Shown: piece by piece, positions 29,603-39,086 of the stretch | Position numbering within the stretch: position 1 is the stretch's first letter | Layout of the letters: each line of letters starts with the position of its first letter | Source of the DNA: an uncultured Bacillales bacterium | Lineage (GTDB): Bacteria > Bacillota_I > Bacilli_A > RFN20 > CAG-826 | DNA: 64,000 nt | NCBI GenBank assembly: GCA_946409515.1 | Contig: CAMJWS010000001.1 | Location: forward strand, 1,557 to 65,556 | Direction: 5' to 3' | Translations under genes and position numbers: made by a program | The notes under the pieces: model-generated | What the model was told of the DNA's origin: nothing | Databases searched by the model: none | Seen by the model: only the letters and a program-made list of their open reading frames with translations

Positions 29603-30191
29603 TAAGAATGATACCGCCGATAATACCGGCGATTTCATATTTACCTTTCAGTAATTTCATTATTTGTTTGCCTAAGAATAGGCCGATTAAAGACATAATA
29701 AATGTGACCGTTAAAATGATTACAACATGTAACCACACTGTCGCTATATTTGATAAACCTGCGTGTAACGTCACACCAGCAGCGCAAGCATCAATCGCAG
29801 TCACAAATCCATAAAATATTACTTCTTTAATTGAGAACTTCTTTGAAGTCTTTTCCTCTGGTTGTTTTCTTAATTCAATAATGGATTCAACGAGCATTTT
29901 GCCACCGATAAGGAGCAATAAACCAAAGGCCACCCATTTCACCACGATTGAGGCGATTTGACCGGCTTGTTCACCTGCAAGGCCTCCTGCTATGGTTTTA
30001 ACGATTTCAACAAGCCAGAAGCCGATTAAAGGCATTAAAGCTTGCATAAAACCAAAGGTTCCAGCAATAAAGAATGATTTCTTTTTGTTAATATCGCTAT
30101 AAGTTAAGCCATCAGTTAAGGCTACAGAAAAAGCATCCATTGCTAAACCTAAGCCTAAAAAGAAGATTGCTAATAATATTTGCCAAGTCAT
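29571..30191 (-). CDS. mntP: Manganese efflux pump MntP.
   Basis: GLGLAMDAFSVALTDG and the repeated DUF204 half-domains. The gene overlaps the MATE gene end convergently by 32 nt. Confidence 0.8.
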   Translation of the reverse strand: MTWQILLAIFFLGLGLAMDAFSVALTDGLTYSDINKKKSFFIAGTFGFMQALMPLIGFWLVEIVKTIAGGLAGEQAGQIASIVVKWVAFGLLLLIGGKMLVESIIELRKQPEEKTSKKFSIKEVIFYGFVTAIDACAAGVTLHAGLSNIATVWLHVVIILTVTFIMSLIGLFLGKQIMKLLKGKYEIAGIIGGIILIILAVVVVLF

Positions 30192-30192
30192 A

Positions 30193-30726
30193 TTACTTTA
30201 TCTCAATCCAATATCTTTCCATGGGTTTACCATCTTCCATGACAATGTTTTCAAGAACCCCACCATTTTTAAGAATGGATTTCTTTGAACCAATGTTATC
30301 AGAGTTACAGCATATTAAAACTCTATCAATACCGAGTTTCTTGCATTCAATTAAGGCTAATCTAATCATCTCAGTAGCGTAGCCTTTTCTTCTTTCACTA
30401 GGTCTAACACCATCACCGATATGACCACCATAGTTGAGTAGGTGTTCATTTAGATAATGACGGATGTTAACTGCCCCTAATAATCTATTTCTTTCTTCGT
30501 CTAATAAGAAGAAAACAGAATCCGGAACAAAGCCTTGTGAAGTATCTTTAGTTTCTAAATGTTCTAGATAATAATCAAAATCACGATAATCGTTTTTAAA
30601 GATTACCCAAGGTGAACTATCAGTGTGATTGACTTGTTGATCAAGTTTCCACTCATCAATCATTTCACCAAGTTGTTTTTCATATTCTTTTGTGAGTTTG
30701 ATTAATTTGACTTTCATAATAGCCAC
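30193..30726 (-). CDS. GNAT family N-acetyltransferase.
   Basis: Acetyl-CoA-binding motif RRKGYATEMIRLALIECKKLGIDRV. Confidence 0.7.
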   Translation of the reverse strand: MAIMKVKLIKLTKEYEKQLGEMIDEWKLDQQVNHTDSSPWVIFKNDYRDFDYYLEHLETKDTSQGFVPDSVFFLLDEERNRLLGAVNIRHYLNEHLLNYGGHIGDGVRPSERRKGYATEMIRLALIECKKLGIDRVLICCNSDNIGSKKSILKNGGVLENIVMEDGKPMERYWIEIK

Positions 30727-30811
30727 TATAATAGCACTTTATAAAATAAAGGAAAGAAAAAGATAGCCTAACAAAAAGGGAAAAGCTATTTGCTATTCCC
30801 TAATTCGGTTT

Positions 30812-33800
30812 TTATAAGGATCTTATCGACTCAACTGGTGGTTTCTTAGAAGAATGTATAACTGGAATAATCGTTGCAACAAAGGCGATTACTAACGCGA
30901 TAGCAACAATAAAGACCACTGTTAAGATGTTAAATCGGATAATTGATACTCCTGCTTCACTAACGAAATAGCGGTCAAGGAAGAAATCAACCACTTGCGC
31001 GGATACTATTGCTAATACGGAACAGAGGGTAGCGATAAATAATGATTCTGCGAAAAATATCTTAAAGACATCGCTTTTTCTTGCACCAATTGCTCTTAAT
31101 ATGCCAATATCTTTCTTCTTCGAAGAAATAGATACTGTAATAAAGTTAAGAAGCATTAAAGCGGAGAAAACACCAAATCCAACGCCAATCCATAAAAAGA
31201 CTAGTCTAAACCCTTTTGCCATCTCCGCTACGAAAGATACGGACATATAGCAGTCGCTAGTTAGAGAATAGCGGTAATCATTAGAATTAGTTCTAAGCAT
31301 GCAATCAATTTGCTCTTTTGAAAAATTGCTTTTCACCATTAAGCGTATATATTTGGCATCTTTAGGAGCGACGTAATTTGTTTCGTAGTATGCCGTAATA
31401 GCACGATTTTCAATAACTCCAGCCTTATCTAAAAGCTCACTACTAACAAGAGGGCAAGCTGAGGATTCTGCGATGTAGTAGCCTTTGACTTTAAGCTCAC
31501 CATTGCCAGCATTTTTACTGTAGAAATAACAGACGGCTTCATCTGCTTCATAAACAGAATCATTAAAAAAGTGATAATCTTTTAATGTATAGCCATTATT
31601 GCATCTTCTCCAATCCTTGTATTCACTAACGTATTTAGGACCATATCTATCAATAAAGCTAATAGCTTTCTGTGCATCTTCGTCACTCATATTTTTATAA
31701 CTAGAATAATAGGCGATATCTGAAATACCCTCATTAGCCATTTCAGTATGATAAAGATGACTTAAGGACACTATATATTTGTATGGGAAGTAATATCGGC
31801 AAGCATCTTCTTTATCGAAATTATCAACTAAAATGCCATAGGCATTATTGAGTTCTTCTTCACTCATAAAATATTGACCGTTTTGCTTTGCGCATTTGTC
31901 AATGAGATCAGCATCGGCTTTTGGTAATGATGAATAATTATCAGTATTCTTATATTCATCAATGAATTCATTGAGAATGTAAGCGCGATCAAGTTCATCG
32001 CTGTGTTGCTTTATTATGTCTTTCATTTTCGATGGAACAGCGCTCGAGTAGTTATGCATTTCATTTTGAAATTCAAAGGCCTTTTTATGTAGATAATCAG
32101 CAAAGTTTGGAAGATAGGAAACAATCCTATCATCGCTGCCATAAACGCCATTCCTAACTTTGTAATATAATTCAAAGACTGAATTAAATAGACTTTGTTC
32201 TAAAACTTTTGCGACACTTCTAAATTCTCTAACGGGTAAATATACTTCGTCTTCATTAATAGTGAAAGAATCTCTATCAATCATCTCATCATTTAGATTA
32301 TAAACTTCTATTATTTTAGGATTTTCTTTAACTGTTAATTCGGTGAAAAATGGTCTAATGGTATCAGAATCGTCATAATGCTCATCATAATATGTCGTTT
32401 CTATTCTTAAATCACGATAGAATGTATCGCGAATTTGAGAAGAAATCTTAGCAGCATATTGCTCATAAAAGCTTTCTCCAACAAAAGCGACACCATTAAA
32501 ACTGTTACTAAGATATGCATCTAGCGATCTATCTAATTCATCACGCTCTTTGTAAGATATTGGTTCACTATTATCTTTAAAAGTATCATATTTACTTGGT
32601 ATATCTCCAGCGTCAAAAAAGCCACTTATATTAAGCTCTGTTTGACTACCATAGATACTACTAATACTTATTGTGGTATTAACTAATTCAGTGTAATTGC
32701 TCTTATTTCTTGCTCTTGAACCTATGAGCATATCGCCATATGACTTAGGTAACAAAATATCATTTTCATTTTGAGGGAAATGGCCAACCAAATCGTAACC
32801 AAGTTTATTAAACTGCTCTTCTGTAGCGTTGGAAATATAACGAATACCAAGTCTTTTATAATACTCTTCATCGCAAGTTATAGTGACGTCGGAAAAATCC
32901 AAACTTTTATGACCATCAGTTAATGGAGCGACTGGAATATAGACAAGGCCAAGATTGTTTTTATTGAGTTGCTCTAATTCTTTTTCTCCAAAATAGACCT
33001 CTTGGAAAGATGGGGATGATTCAACTCTCATTATCTGATCTTTAGAGTTATAAACAGGATAGTACTGTTTGCCCAACGACTGTTTTTCTAATACTTCTGC
33101 TTGATAATCTGTGTGCTTTAAAGCTTCGCTATATGTATGATTAGTGTCATAAAACATTAAAGCAGCACTCACACCAAACATTGTAAAAGAGACAACTGAT
33201 AATAAGATGGTGAAAAATAAACGAATTGGTTTGCTTTTAAGACCACTTAAGCCCATTTTAATGGACTTATTCATTGGCATCTTAGAACGAATAAACGTTG
33301 TTTTAGAGGCATCATAATCCTTTAAAATGATACTTTCTGTTTGTTTGAAGGTTTCGCTTCTACCATCATCAGAAATGCGCGCTGCTTTCATTGATTTGTC
33401 AGCGTTTTCACCACTGCTGATGAACACTTTTCCTTCAGAGTTTTTAATTACTTTATATAACTCATCAAATTCTTTCTTAGTTAGTTTATTCGCATCGTTA
33501 ATTCTAATAGCATTGTCGTTAATGATTGAGACATTATCGCTAATGGTTGTAGCTTCTAAATAGTGTTTAGTTCTATCAGAAATGATCTTACCATCTTTTA
33601 GTTCAATGATACGGTCACCATATCTTTTAGCGAAATCTTTGTCGTGTGAGACAACAATAATCAATTTATCTTTAGATAATTTCTTTAATGTATCAAATAC
33701 TTGTTCGCCAGTTTTGCTGTCTAAAGCACCGGTAGGTTCGTCCGCCATAATGATATTTGGCTCTTTGATTAATGCTCTAGCAATAGCAATTCTTTGCTTT

Positions 33801-34234
33801 TGACCACCAGATAAAGTATTAGGTTTTCTTTTGCCATATCCCGCAATGTCAACTTGCTCTAATAATTTATTAACTTCTTCTTTTGTGGATTTCTTGCCTT
33901 GTAATTCCATTGCCAGAGCAATGTTTTGTTCAACGTTAAACTCATTAAGAATGTTATATTCTTGGAAAACAAAGCCGATATAAGTATTACGGTAACTATC
34001 AAAATCACTTTGTGAAAAGTCTTTGCTGCTTCTACCTTTTAAGATGATTTCACCAGAAGTTGGAAAATCAAGACCACCAATAAGGTTTAATAATGTAGAT
34101 TTACCACTACCTGATTTACCAAGCAAAAACACCATTCCGGTTTCAGGAAAATCAACAGAAACATTGTCCAAAGCGACTGTGTCATTGCCACCTTTGATTT
34201 TATAGATTTTAGTCAAGTTTTTAACAGAAAGCAT
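30812..34234 (-). CDS. Fused ABC transporter: N-terminal MacB/LolD-type ATPase, ~800-aa extracytoplasmic region, and C-terminal FtsX-type permease.
   Basis: Walker A GKSGSGKST, signature LSGGQKQRIAIARA, Walker B IIMADEPTGALD. One TM follows the ATPase. The C-terminus has a four-TM FtsX domain (GILRAIGARKSDVFKIFFAESLFIA). Confidence 0.8.
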   Translation of the reverse strand: MLSVKNLTKIYKIKGGNDTVALDNVSVDFPETGMVFLLGKSGSGKSTLLNLIGGLDFPTSGEIILKGRSSKDFSQSDFDSYRNTYIGFVFQEYNILNEFNVEQNIALAMELQGKKSTKEEVNKLLEQVDIAGYGKRKPNTLSGGQKQRIAIARALIKEPNIIMADEPTGALDSKTGEQVFDTLKKLSKDKLIIVVSHDKDFAKRYGDRIIELKDGKIISDRTKHYLEATTISDNVSIINDNAIRINDANKLTKKEFDELYKVIKNSEGKVFISSGENADKSMKAARISDDGRSETFKQTESIILKDYDASKTTFIRSKMPMNKSIKMGLSGLKSKPIRLFFTILLSVVSFTMFGVSAALMFYDTNHTYSEALKHTDYQAEVLEKQSLGKQYYPVYNSKDQIMRVESSPSFQEVYFGEKELEQLNKNNLGLVYIPVAPLTDGHKSLDFSDVTITCDEEYYKRLGIRYISNATEEQFNKLGYDLVGHFPQNENDILLPKSYGDMLIGSRARNKSNYTELVNTTISISSIYGSQTELNISGFFDAGDIPSKYDTFKDNSEPISYKERDELDRSLDAYLSNSFNGVAFVGESFYEQYAAKISSQIRDTFYRDLRIETTYYDEHYDDSDTIRPFFTELTVKENPKIIEVYNLNDEMIDRDSFTINEDEVYLPVREFRSVAKVLEQSLFNSVFELYYKVRNGVYGSDDRIVSYLPNFADYLHKKAFEFQNEMHNYSSAVPSKMKDIIKQHSDELDRAYILNEFIDEYKNTDNYSSLPKADADLIDKCAKQNGQYFMSEEELNNAYGILVDNFDKEDACRYYFPYKYIVSLSHLYHTEMANEGISDIAYYSSYKNMSDEDAQKAISFIDRYGPKYVSEYKDWRRCNNGYTLKDYHFFNDSVYEADEAVCYFYSKNAGNGELKVKGYYIAESSACPLVSSELLDKAGVIENRAITAYYETNYVAPKDAKYIRLMVKSNFSKEQIDCMLRTNSNDYRYSLTSDCYMSVSFVAEMAKGFRLVFLWIGVGFGVFSALMLLNFITVSISSKKKDIGILRAIGARKSDVFKIFFAESLFIATLCSVLAIVSAQVVDFFLDRYFVSEAGVSIIRFNILTVVFIVAIALVIAFVATIIPVIHSSKKPPVESIRSL

Positions 34235-34362
34235 ACACGACTCCTTGATTTTTATACTATTATGAATTATAGTCTCAGCGCATATGCACGTCTATATAAT
34301 GTTTGATTAATTCAAGAAAAAATAAAAGGCCAACACACTTGTATTGACCTATTTTTAGCTAA

Positions 34363-34453
34363 TGGCGGAGAATTAGGGATTCGAACCCTAGCAGGACTTG
34401 CATCCTCTATCGGTTTTCAAGACCGACCCCTTCAACCGCTTGGGTAATTCTCC
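34363..34453 (-). tRNA. tRNA-Ser (anticodon TGA).
   Basis: GGAGAATTACCCAAGCGGTTGAAGGGGTCGGTCTTGAAAACCGATAGAGGATGCAAGTCCTGCTAGGGTTCGAATCCCTAATTCTCCGCCA. Long variable arm, loop CTTGAAA, discriminator G, encoded CCA. Confidence 0.85.
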
Positions 34454-34456
34454 ATA

Positions 34457-34533
34457 TGGTGGACCATCCAGGACTTGAACCCGGAACATAACGGTTATGG
34501 GCCGTCCACTCTAACCGATTGAGTTAATGGTCC
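34457..34533 (-). tRNA. tRNA-Met (anticodon CAT), elongator-type.
   Basis: GGACCATTAACTCAATCGGTTAGAGTGGACGGCCCATAACCGTTATGTTCCGGGTTCAAGTCCTGGATGGTCCACCA. The anticodon loop is again CCCATAA (C33). It sits 3 nt from tRNA-Ser. Confidence 0.8.
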
Positions 34534-34555
34534 ACATGCGTCGAAGTTTATTGGA

Positions 34556-34807
34556 TTAGCCCTTTAAACCTCTTGATTGACGATCCATATCTTCGACAAC
34601 GATATCGAAGATTTCGCCTAAAGTGGCACAATGTGAGAGTAAATCCCATGGTTCATTTGTGTGGAAATGGATTTTAATCATTTCATCATCACCAACACAG
34701 ATAAGGGAATCGCCTTTCATGTTTTCTAAAATCCAATCAGTGATTTCGTCTTCATCAAGGCCTTTACCTTCAATTAACAATTGAGTGTCATAACGGTATT
34801 GTAGCAT
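34556..34807 (-). pseudogene. Truncated remnant of a yloV-type DAK2-domain protein (83 codons with its own RBS).
   Basis: LDEDEITDWILENMKGDSLICVGDDEMIKIHFHTNEPWDLLSHCATLGEIFDIVVEDMDRQ aligns to B. subtilis YloV residues ~265-325 ([59 protein letters not shown]). The remaining ~450 residues of the family are absent. taggaggtaaaactc precedes the ATG. Confidence 0.5.
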
Positions 34808-34859
34808 GAGTTTTACCTCCTATGTTTTATATTTAATCACAAAGTGATTATAAACAAAT

Positions 34860-34935
34860 TGGTGGATCCGACGAGAATCGAACTCGCTACCTCCTGAATG
34901 CAAATCAGGCGCTCTCCCAGGTGAGCTACGGACCC
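34860..34935 (-). tRNA. tRNA-Ala (anticodon TGC).
   Basis: GGGTCCGTAGCTCACCTGGGAGAGCGCCTGATTTGCATTCAGGAGGTAGCGAGTTCGATTCTCGTCGGATCCACCA, with the G3·U70 alanine identity pair and encoded CCA. Confidence 0.85.
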
Positions 34936-34992
34936 ATCGCTGATAAACAGCATTAAATACATTAGCAATTTTATTGCGACTTATCAAGTAAA

Positions 34993-36795
34993 TTATAATT
35001 TAGTGACTGTAATTGAAGCGCGATTTTGGTCTAAAGCGTTGATGGTAAACGTGAAACCGATGTCAGTATTATCATTAAACTTGCCACTATTAACGAATTG
35101 GCCTTTTACTCTATCAAGATTGAAAGTTCCACCAGCTCTATATAAGTCATTAGAAGAGAAATCATTTGTTGGTTTGTAGGTTGTAGAACTATTCTTCCTG
35201 ATTAATTGCAAAATCTTATAATTATAGTATTCGCTACCAAGAGGTGACAAATAGCCAGAAGAAACACCATTTCCACTATAAGTATTGCTCATAGCCATTT
35301 TTACACGATTATCTTCGCTTGGTGGTTGAGTAGTTAAAGAGAATGAACCACCATAATATTGTGCTAAACGCGCATCAACATGCCATAATCTAATGCCAGA
35401 ATATTTTGGTCCTTGTGGATATTGATAGCCTTCATGGTATTGATTATCAGAATCAAATTTATTAAGACCAGTTGGAGTGTAGTATTCCAAAAGGAGATAT
35501 TCATCAAATGGAGAATTCTTAGTGTTTGGTGTTGGATCTAAAAGAATCATTTCACCTGTTTCAGCGAATGGTTTTAAGTCAATTGTGGTTGTTTCTGTAG
35601 GAATGTAGGCTTTGCCCCAACCTAATGCGTAAGAACTGAATGGATCATGACCACCGACGTTATTATCCTGCATAGAGAAACCACCAGCAGGATTATATTG
35701 TTCCGAGTAGTCATAATAATCTTCTAAGCCAAAAACGTGACCCATTTCATGGATGTATGTATGTGTGTCAAGATTACAGTGAGATGTATCACCACCACCA
35801 TAATTGGTTTTACCTGTACGTTCTAGCGCTTTACTTTTGTTATACATAAAGTCATAGCTAGCCCAGAAGAAGACATTAGCACCTGGATTTGTAGTATTCT
35901 GTACACTTTGATTACCAATCCAAAAGCAGTATGCCCACAAATTGTTTTGACTTTGATTAGCGGCACTATAATCAGGGGCACCATAAATAAGCATGACACT
36001 ATCGATATAGCCATCGCCGTCTTTATCGTAATTTCTTCTCTTATCAGTTGGGTGGTTATTGAAATACCAGTCAGACGCGCTCTTAACTAAGCCAGAAGTA
36101 TCGCTTGATGTTGAGCGGTAATTACTTACTGATTTGCCACATTCATACCATTGAGAAACTGTACCAGTAAACGTCAAAGCACCATGGCTTTCTTCTTCAT
36201 AGAAAGTTTTAACACTTCTCCAACCTGTTTCTTCATTAGTGCCAAAGTATGCAGCTGCGATATCTGCTCTAACATTTTCTTTGCCGGAACTAGAAATATA
36301 TGTGCCTGAATCTGTGAACCAGACAGGAATGACTAAAATATGAGCCGCTCCTACACATGGTGCAGATGAAATAGCGGAAGCATTATATGTTGTGTAATGT
36401 TTATAGTTATATGAAGCTTTCTTTGGCTCTAATGTACCCGCTTCTGGAATTGAAGAAGAGGAAGAGGAGGAAGATGAGCTTGATGTACTAGTTGGTTTTG
36501 AACTTGATGATGGCTTGCTGCTAGAACTACTGTTAGAAGAAGAACTACTAGAGCTTGAGCTCGTAGAGCCACCAGAAGAAGTTGATTCACTAGAAGACGA
36601 ACTTGAAGAAGTATCACTTGTAGAAGATGGATTATCACTAGATGTATCGCTTGCGGACGATGGATCAGTAGAAATACTTGTGCTAGTTGGAGTGTAACTG
36701 ACGTTTCCGCCAAAGGTAAAAGACCATTGACAGCCACTGATAGCGGTCATCGCAGTAAGTGTGAAAGCAAGCACTAACAATTTCTTCTTGTTCAT
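34993..36795 (-). CDS. Secreted Ser-rich lipoprotein zinc metalloprotease (HEXXH; M6 / immune-inhibitor-A-like).
   Basis: Lipobox TAISGC. About 100 aa of S/T low complexity. The catalytic motif YIHEMGHVFGLEDYYD resembles the M6 signature HEYGHNLGLPDEY. Confidence 0.5.
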   Translation of the reverse strand: MNKKKLLVLAFTLTAMTAISGCQWSFTFGGNVSYTPTSTSISTDPSSASDTSSDNPSSTSDTSSSSSSSESTSSGGSTSSSSSSSSSNSSSSSKPSSSSKPTSTSSSSSSSSSSSIPEAGTLEPKKASYNYKHYTTYNASAISSAPCVGAAHILVIPVWFTDSGTYISSSGKENVRADIAAAYFGTNEETGWRSVKTFYEEESHGALTFTGTVSQWYECGKSVSNYRSTSSDTSGLVKSASDWYFNNHPTDKRRNYDKDGDGYIDSVMLIYGAPDYSAANQSQNNLWAYCFWIGNQSVQNTTNPGANVFFWASYDFMYNKSKALERTGKTNYGGGDTSHCNLDTHTYIHEMGHVFGLEDYYDYSEQYNPAGGFSMQDNNVGGHDPFSSYALGWGKAYIPTETTTIDLKPFAETGEMILLDPTPNTKNSPFDEYLLLEYYTPTGLNKFDSDNQYHEGYQYPQGPKYSGIRLWHVDARLAQYYGGSFSLTTQPPSEDNRVKMAMSNTYSGNGVSSGYLSPLGSEYYNYKILQLIRKNSSTTYKPTNDFSSNDLYRAGGTFNLDRVKGQFVNSGKFNDNTDIGFTFTINALDQNRASITVTKL

Positions 36796-36937
36796 AAATC
36801 AGTTTTTTTAATTAAACAGTGTTCTACACTGGAGGTTTATTATACCATGTTAAACTTTAAATGAAATAAAATTATTTCACTATCATTTTGATAGTTTTTA
36901 AAGTCAACAAAAAGGAGAGCCTTATGCTCTCCATTAT

Positions 36938-39010
36938 TTATGCCGTCCTAACTCCATTAATGGAATAGACGTATGTTTGGCTGTCAAATTCAGGTGTGTA
37001 GGAGCCATATTGCGTATATAAGAATGCTCTACCAAAGATGATTAATTCATCACCAATTTGTAAATCATCAACACTTTGCCATTTAGTAGAACCACCTTGT
37101 GTTCTCTTGAGGTAATAAATCATGATTTCATAGTTTGTTCCTTTGTCACCAATGTAGACCTTAAACATATCGCCTTGTGAAGAAACAGAAGCAGCTTGTC
37201 TAGTGACAACGCCTTTGTAATACATGGAAACGGATCCTGATTGAGAAACATTATCGCCTGGATGTGCGTTGGCGTATTCAAGAGCCTCTTTGATTGTTCT
37301 TGGATCTTCAAGAGTACCTTCGTGACCAGTTTGGACTGGCTTTGTACCATAACCACCATCAGCGATAAAGCGGTTTAATAAATCTCTAGCGTAGATACCA
37401 CCATTCTCGAATTTAGCGATCACATTTAATGATGTGTTGTAATCGACTGTATATGTATCAGTTACTAAATAATATGTTGTGGAATCATCAATATTGTCTT
37501 TGATAGATTCGCCATAACTTGACCACTTTGTGAAGTAGTTACTACTACCAGTGATGAACTGTGTGCTTCTTAAATTTCTACCAGAGATAGAGCATAAAGA
37601 AACATCGTTATCAAATGGGAATAAATTGTATAAATTAGCATAAGTTACATCGCCTTGAGGTAGGTTAGAACCACGACAGGAAATAAAACCACCACCAAGG
37701 ATGAGATTATATTGGCTTCCCCATGTGGTATTACCATAGTCATAATATAAATCAGCAACCTTTTGCTTTAATTCAGATGAGTATCTATTGGATTCGTTAT
37801 AGCCACTGACTTCATAAGCAAATTCATATTTGTCCTTATACTTATTAAAGATAGCTTTAGTATCAGCATCTTCCACATAACCACGATATGGGGAAGAACT
37901 TTCGTATAAGTCATAGCTCACAGGAGTATTAACACTATAAGTGTTGTTTGCTAAGTTTAAATCAACAGTGATACGGTAAAAGTTTTCATTATTGGCATTA
38001 GATTGAACGTGATATACACCGCCTTCATCAACTTCCACATATTTCTTATGTGTATGACCTTCTAAGACTAAATCGACATACTTACCAGTACTAAGTTCTG
38101 TATCATAGTCACCATCATTATAAGAGCCATGGATAGAATAGATAATGAAATCACATTTTTCTTGGTTTCTTAATCTAGTGGCTTCCGCTTTAACAAGGTT
38201 TGTTAAAGTGTAGCCAGTAGCGAAAGTAATATCCGCTACTTTGCTTCTAGAAACAGATGAGTAGCAATTGCCAATCGCACCGATAACACCAATCTTAGCG
38301 TCACCACGTGTAAATGTTGTAGATGGAGATAAATAGTTCACTCTTTGGTTATTGCTTTTATATAGAACGTTAATTCCTAATGTTGGGAAATTAGCGAGCT
38401 CTTGATTACTAGCGATATATTCTTGTCCCCAGTCAAATTCATGGTTACCAACCGTCATAGAGACGAAGTCCATGGAATTCATCCATTCGGTAACTAGGTT
38501 ACCGCGTGTAAGACCACTTTCTACTGATCCTTGCCACATATCACCTTGAGAAATAAAGATTGATGTTTCTGGTGTAGAAATCTCTTTTAATAAAGTTGTG
38601 GTTTTAGTTAAGCCAAGACCCTTGCCTTGAGTGTCAATGACATTACCATGAGTATCATTAAAGGCAAAAATGTCTAAAGACACATTGCTTGGTCTTTGGC
38701 TAGAAGATGAACTTGAAGAAGATGATGAAATACTAGTAGATGAGCTACTAGATGCACTGCTGCTTGAAGAACTGCTAGAAGAAATACTACTAGTAGAACT
38801 TGATGAGTTTTTAGAACTACTTGCACTAGAGGAAGAGCTTTTAGAACTACTACTTGATGTAGAGCTGTCTTTTATGCTGGATGATGTACTTGTGTTAGAT
38901 GATGGGACACTACTAGACGAGTTGCCTCCGCTCATCTTTGAAAGGTCACAAGCACTGACGCACATTGCCATAAGCATAAATGCGCTTATTAAGATGCTTT
39001 TCTTTTTCAT
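36938..39010 (-). CDS. Ser-rich lipoprotein calcineurin-like metallophosphoesterase (5'-nucleotidase / 2',3'-cyclic phosphodiesterase family).
   Basis: Lipobox VSAC. Metallophosphatase motifs DTHGN, GNHEFDWG and GHTHKKY. C-terminal 5'-nucleotidase-like substrate domain. Confidence 0.65.
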   Translation of the reverse strand: MKKKSILISAFMLMAMCVSACDLSKMSGGNSSSSVPSSNTSTSSSIKDSSTSSSSSKSSSSSASSSKNSSSSTSSISSSSSSSSSASSSSSTSISSSSSSSSSSQRPSNVSLDIFAFNDTHGNVIDTQGKGLGLTKTTTLLKEISTPETSIFISQGDMWQGSVESGLTRGNLVTEWMNSMDFVSMTVGNHEFDWGQEYIASNQELANFPTLGINVLYKSNNQRVNYLSPSTTFTRGDAKIGVIGAIGNCYSSVSRSKVADITFATGYTLTNLVKAEATRLRNQEKCDFIIYSIHGSYNDGDYDTELSTGKYVDLVLEGHTHKKYVEVDEGGVYHVQSNANNENFYRITVDLNLANNTYSVNTPVSYDLYESSSPYRGYVEDADTKAIFNKYKDKYEFAYEVSGYNESNRYSSELKQKVADLYYDYGNTTWGSQYNLILGGGFISCRGSNLPQGDVTYANLYNLFPFDNDVSLCSISGRNLRSTQFITGSSNYFTKWSSYGESIKDNIDDSTTYYLVTDTYTVDYNTSLNVIAKFENGGIYARDLLNRFIADGGYGTKPVQTGHEGTLEDPRTIKEALEYANAHPGDNVSQSGSVSMYYKGVVTRQAASVSSQGDMFKVYIGDKGTNYEIMIYYLKRTQGGSTKWQSVDDLQIGDELIIFGRAFLYTQYGSYTPEFDSQTYVYSINGVRTA

Positions 39011-39086
39011 ATAAAACCTCTTACTAATATTTAATAGGAATTAATATATGCTTTCAATGACAAATTATTACGATATTTCCTTAATA

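Noticed and set aside
30727-30811. Possible terminator downstream of the fused ABC gene.
   Set aside because: Only a 5-bp stem (ATAGC/GCTAT) with a 17-nt loop, which is too weak to call.
36429-36737. ORFs 36429-36737 (-), 36515-36697 (+) and 38670-39014 (+), with poly-Leu/Glu products.
   Set aside because: These are alternative-frame readings of the poly-Ser/Thr coding stalks of the lipoprotein genes.
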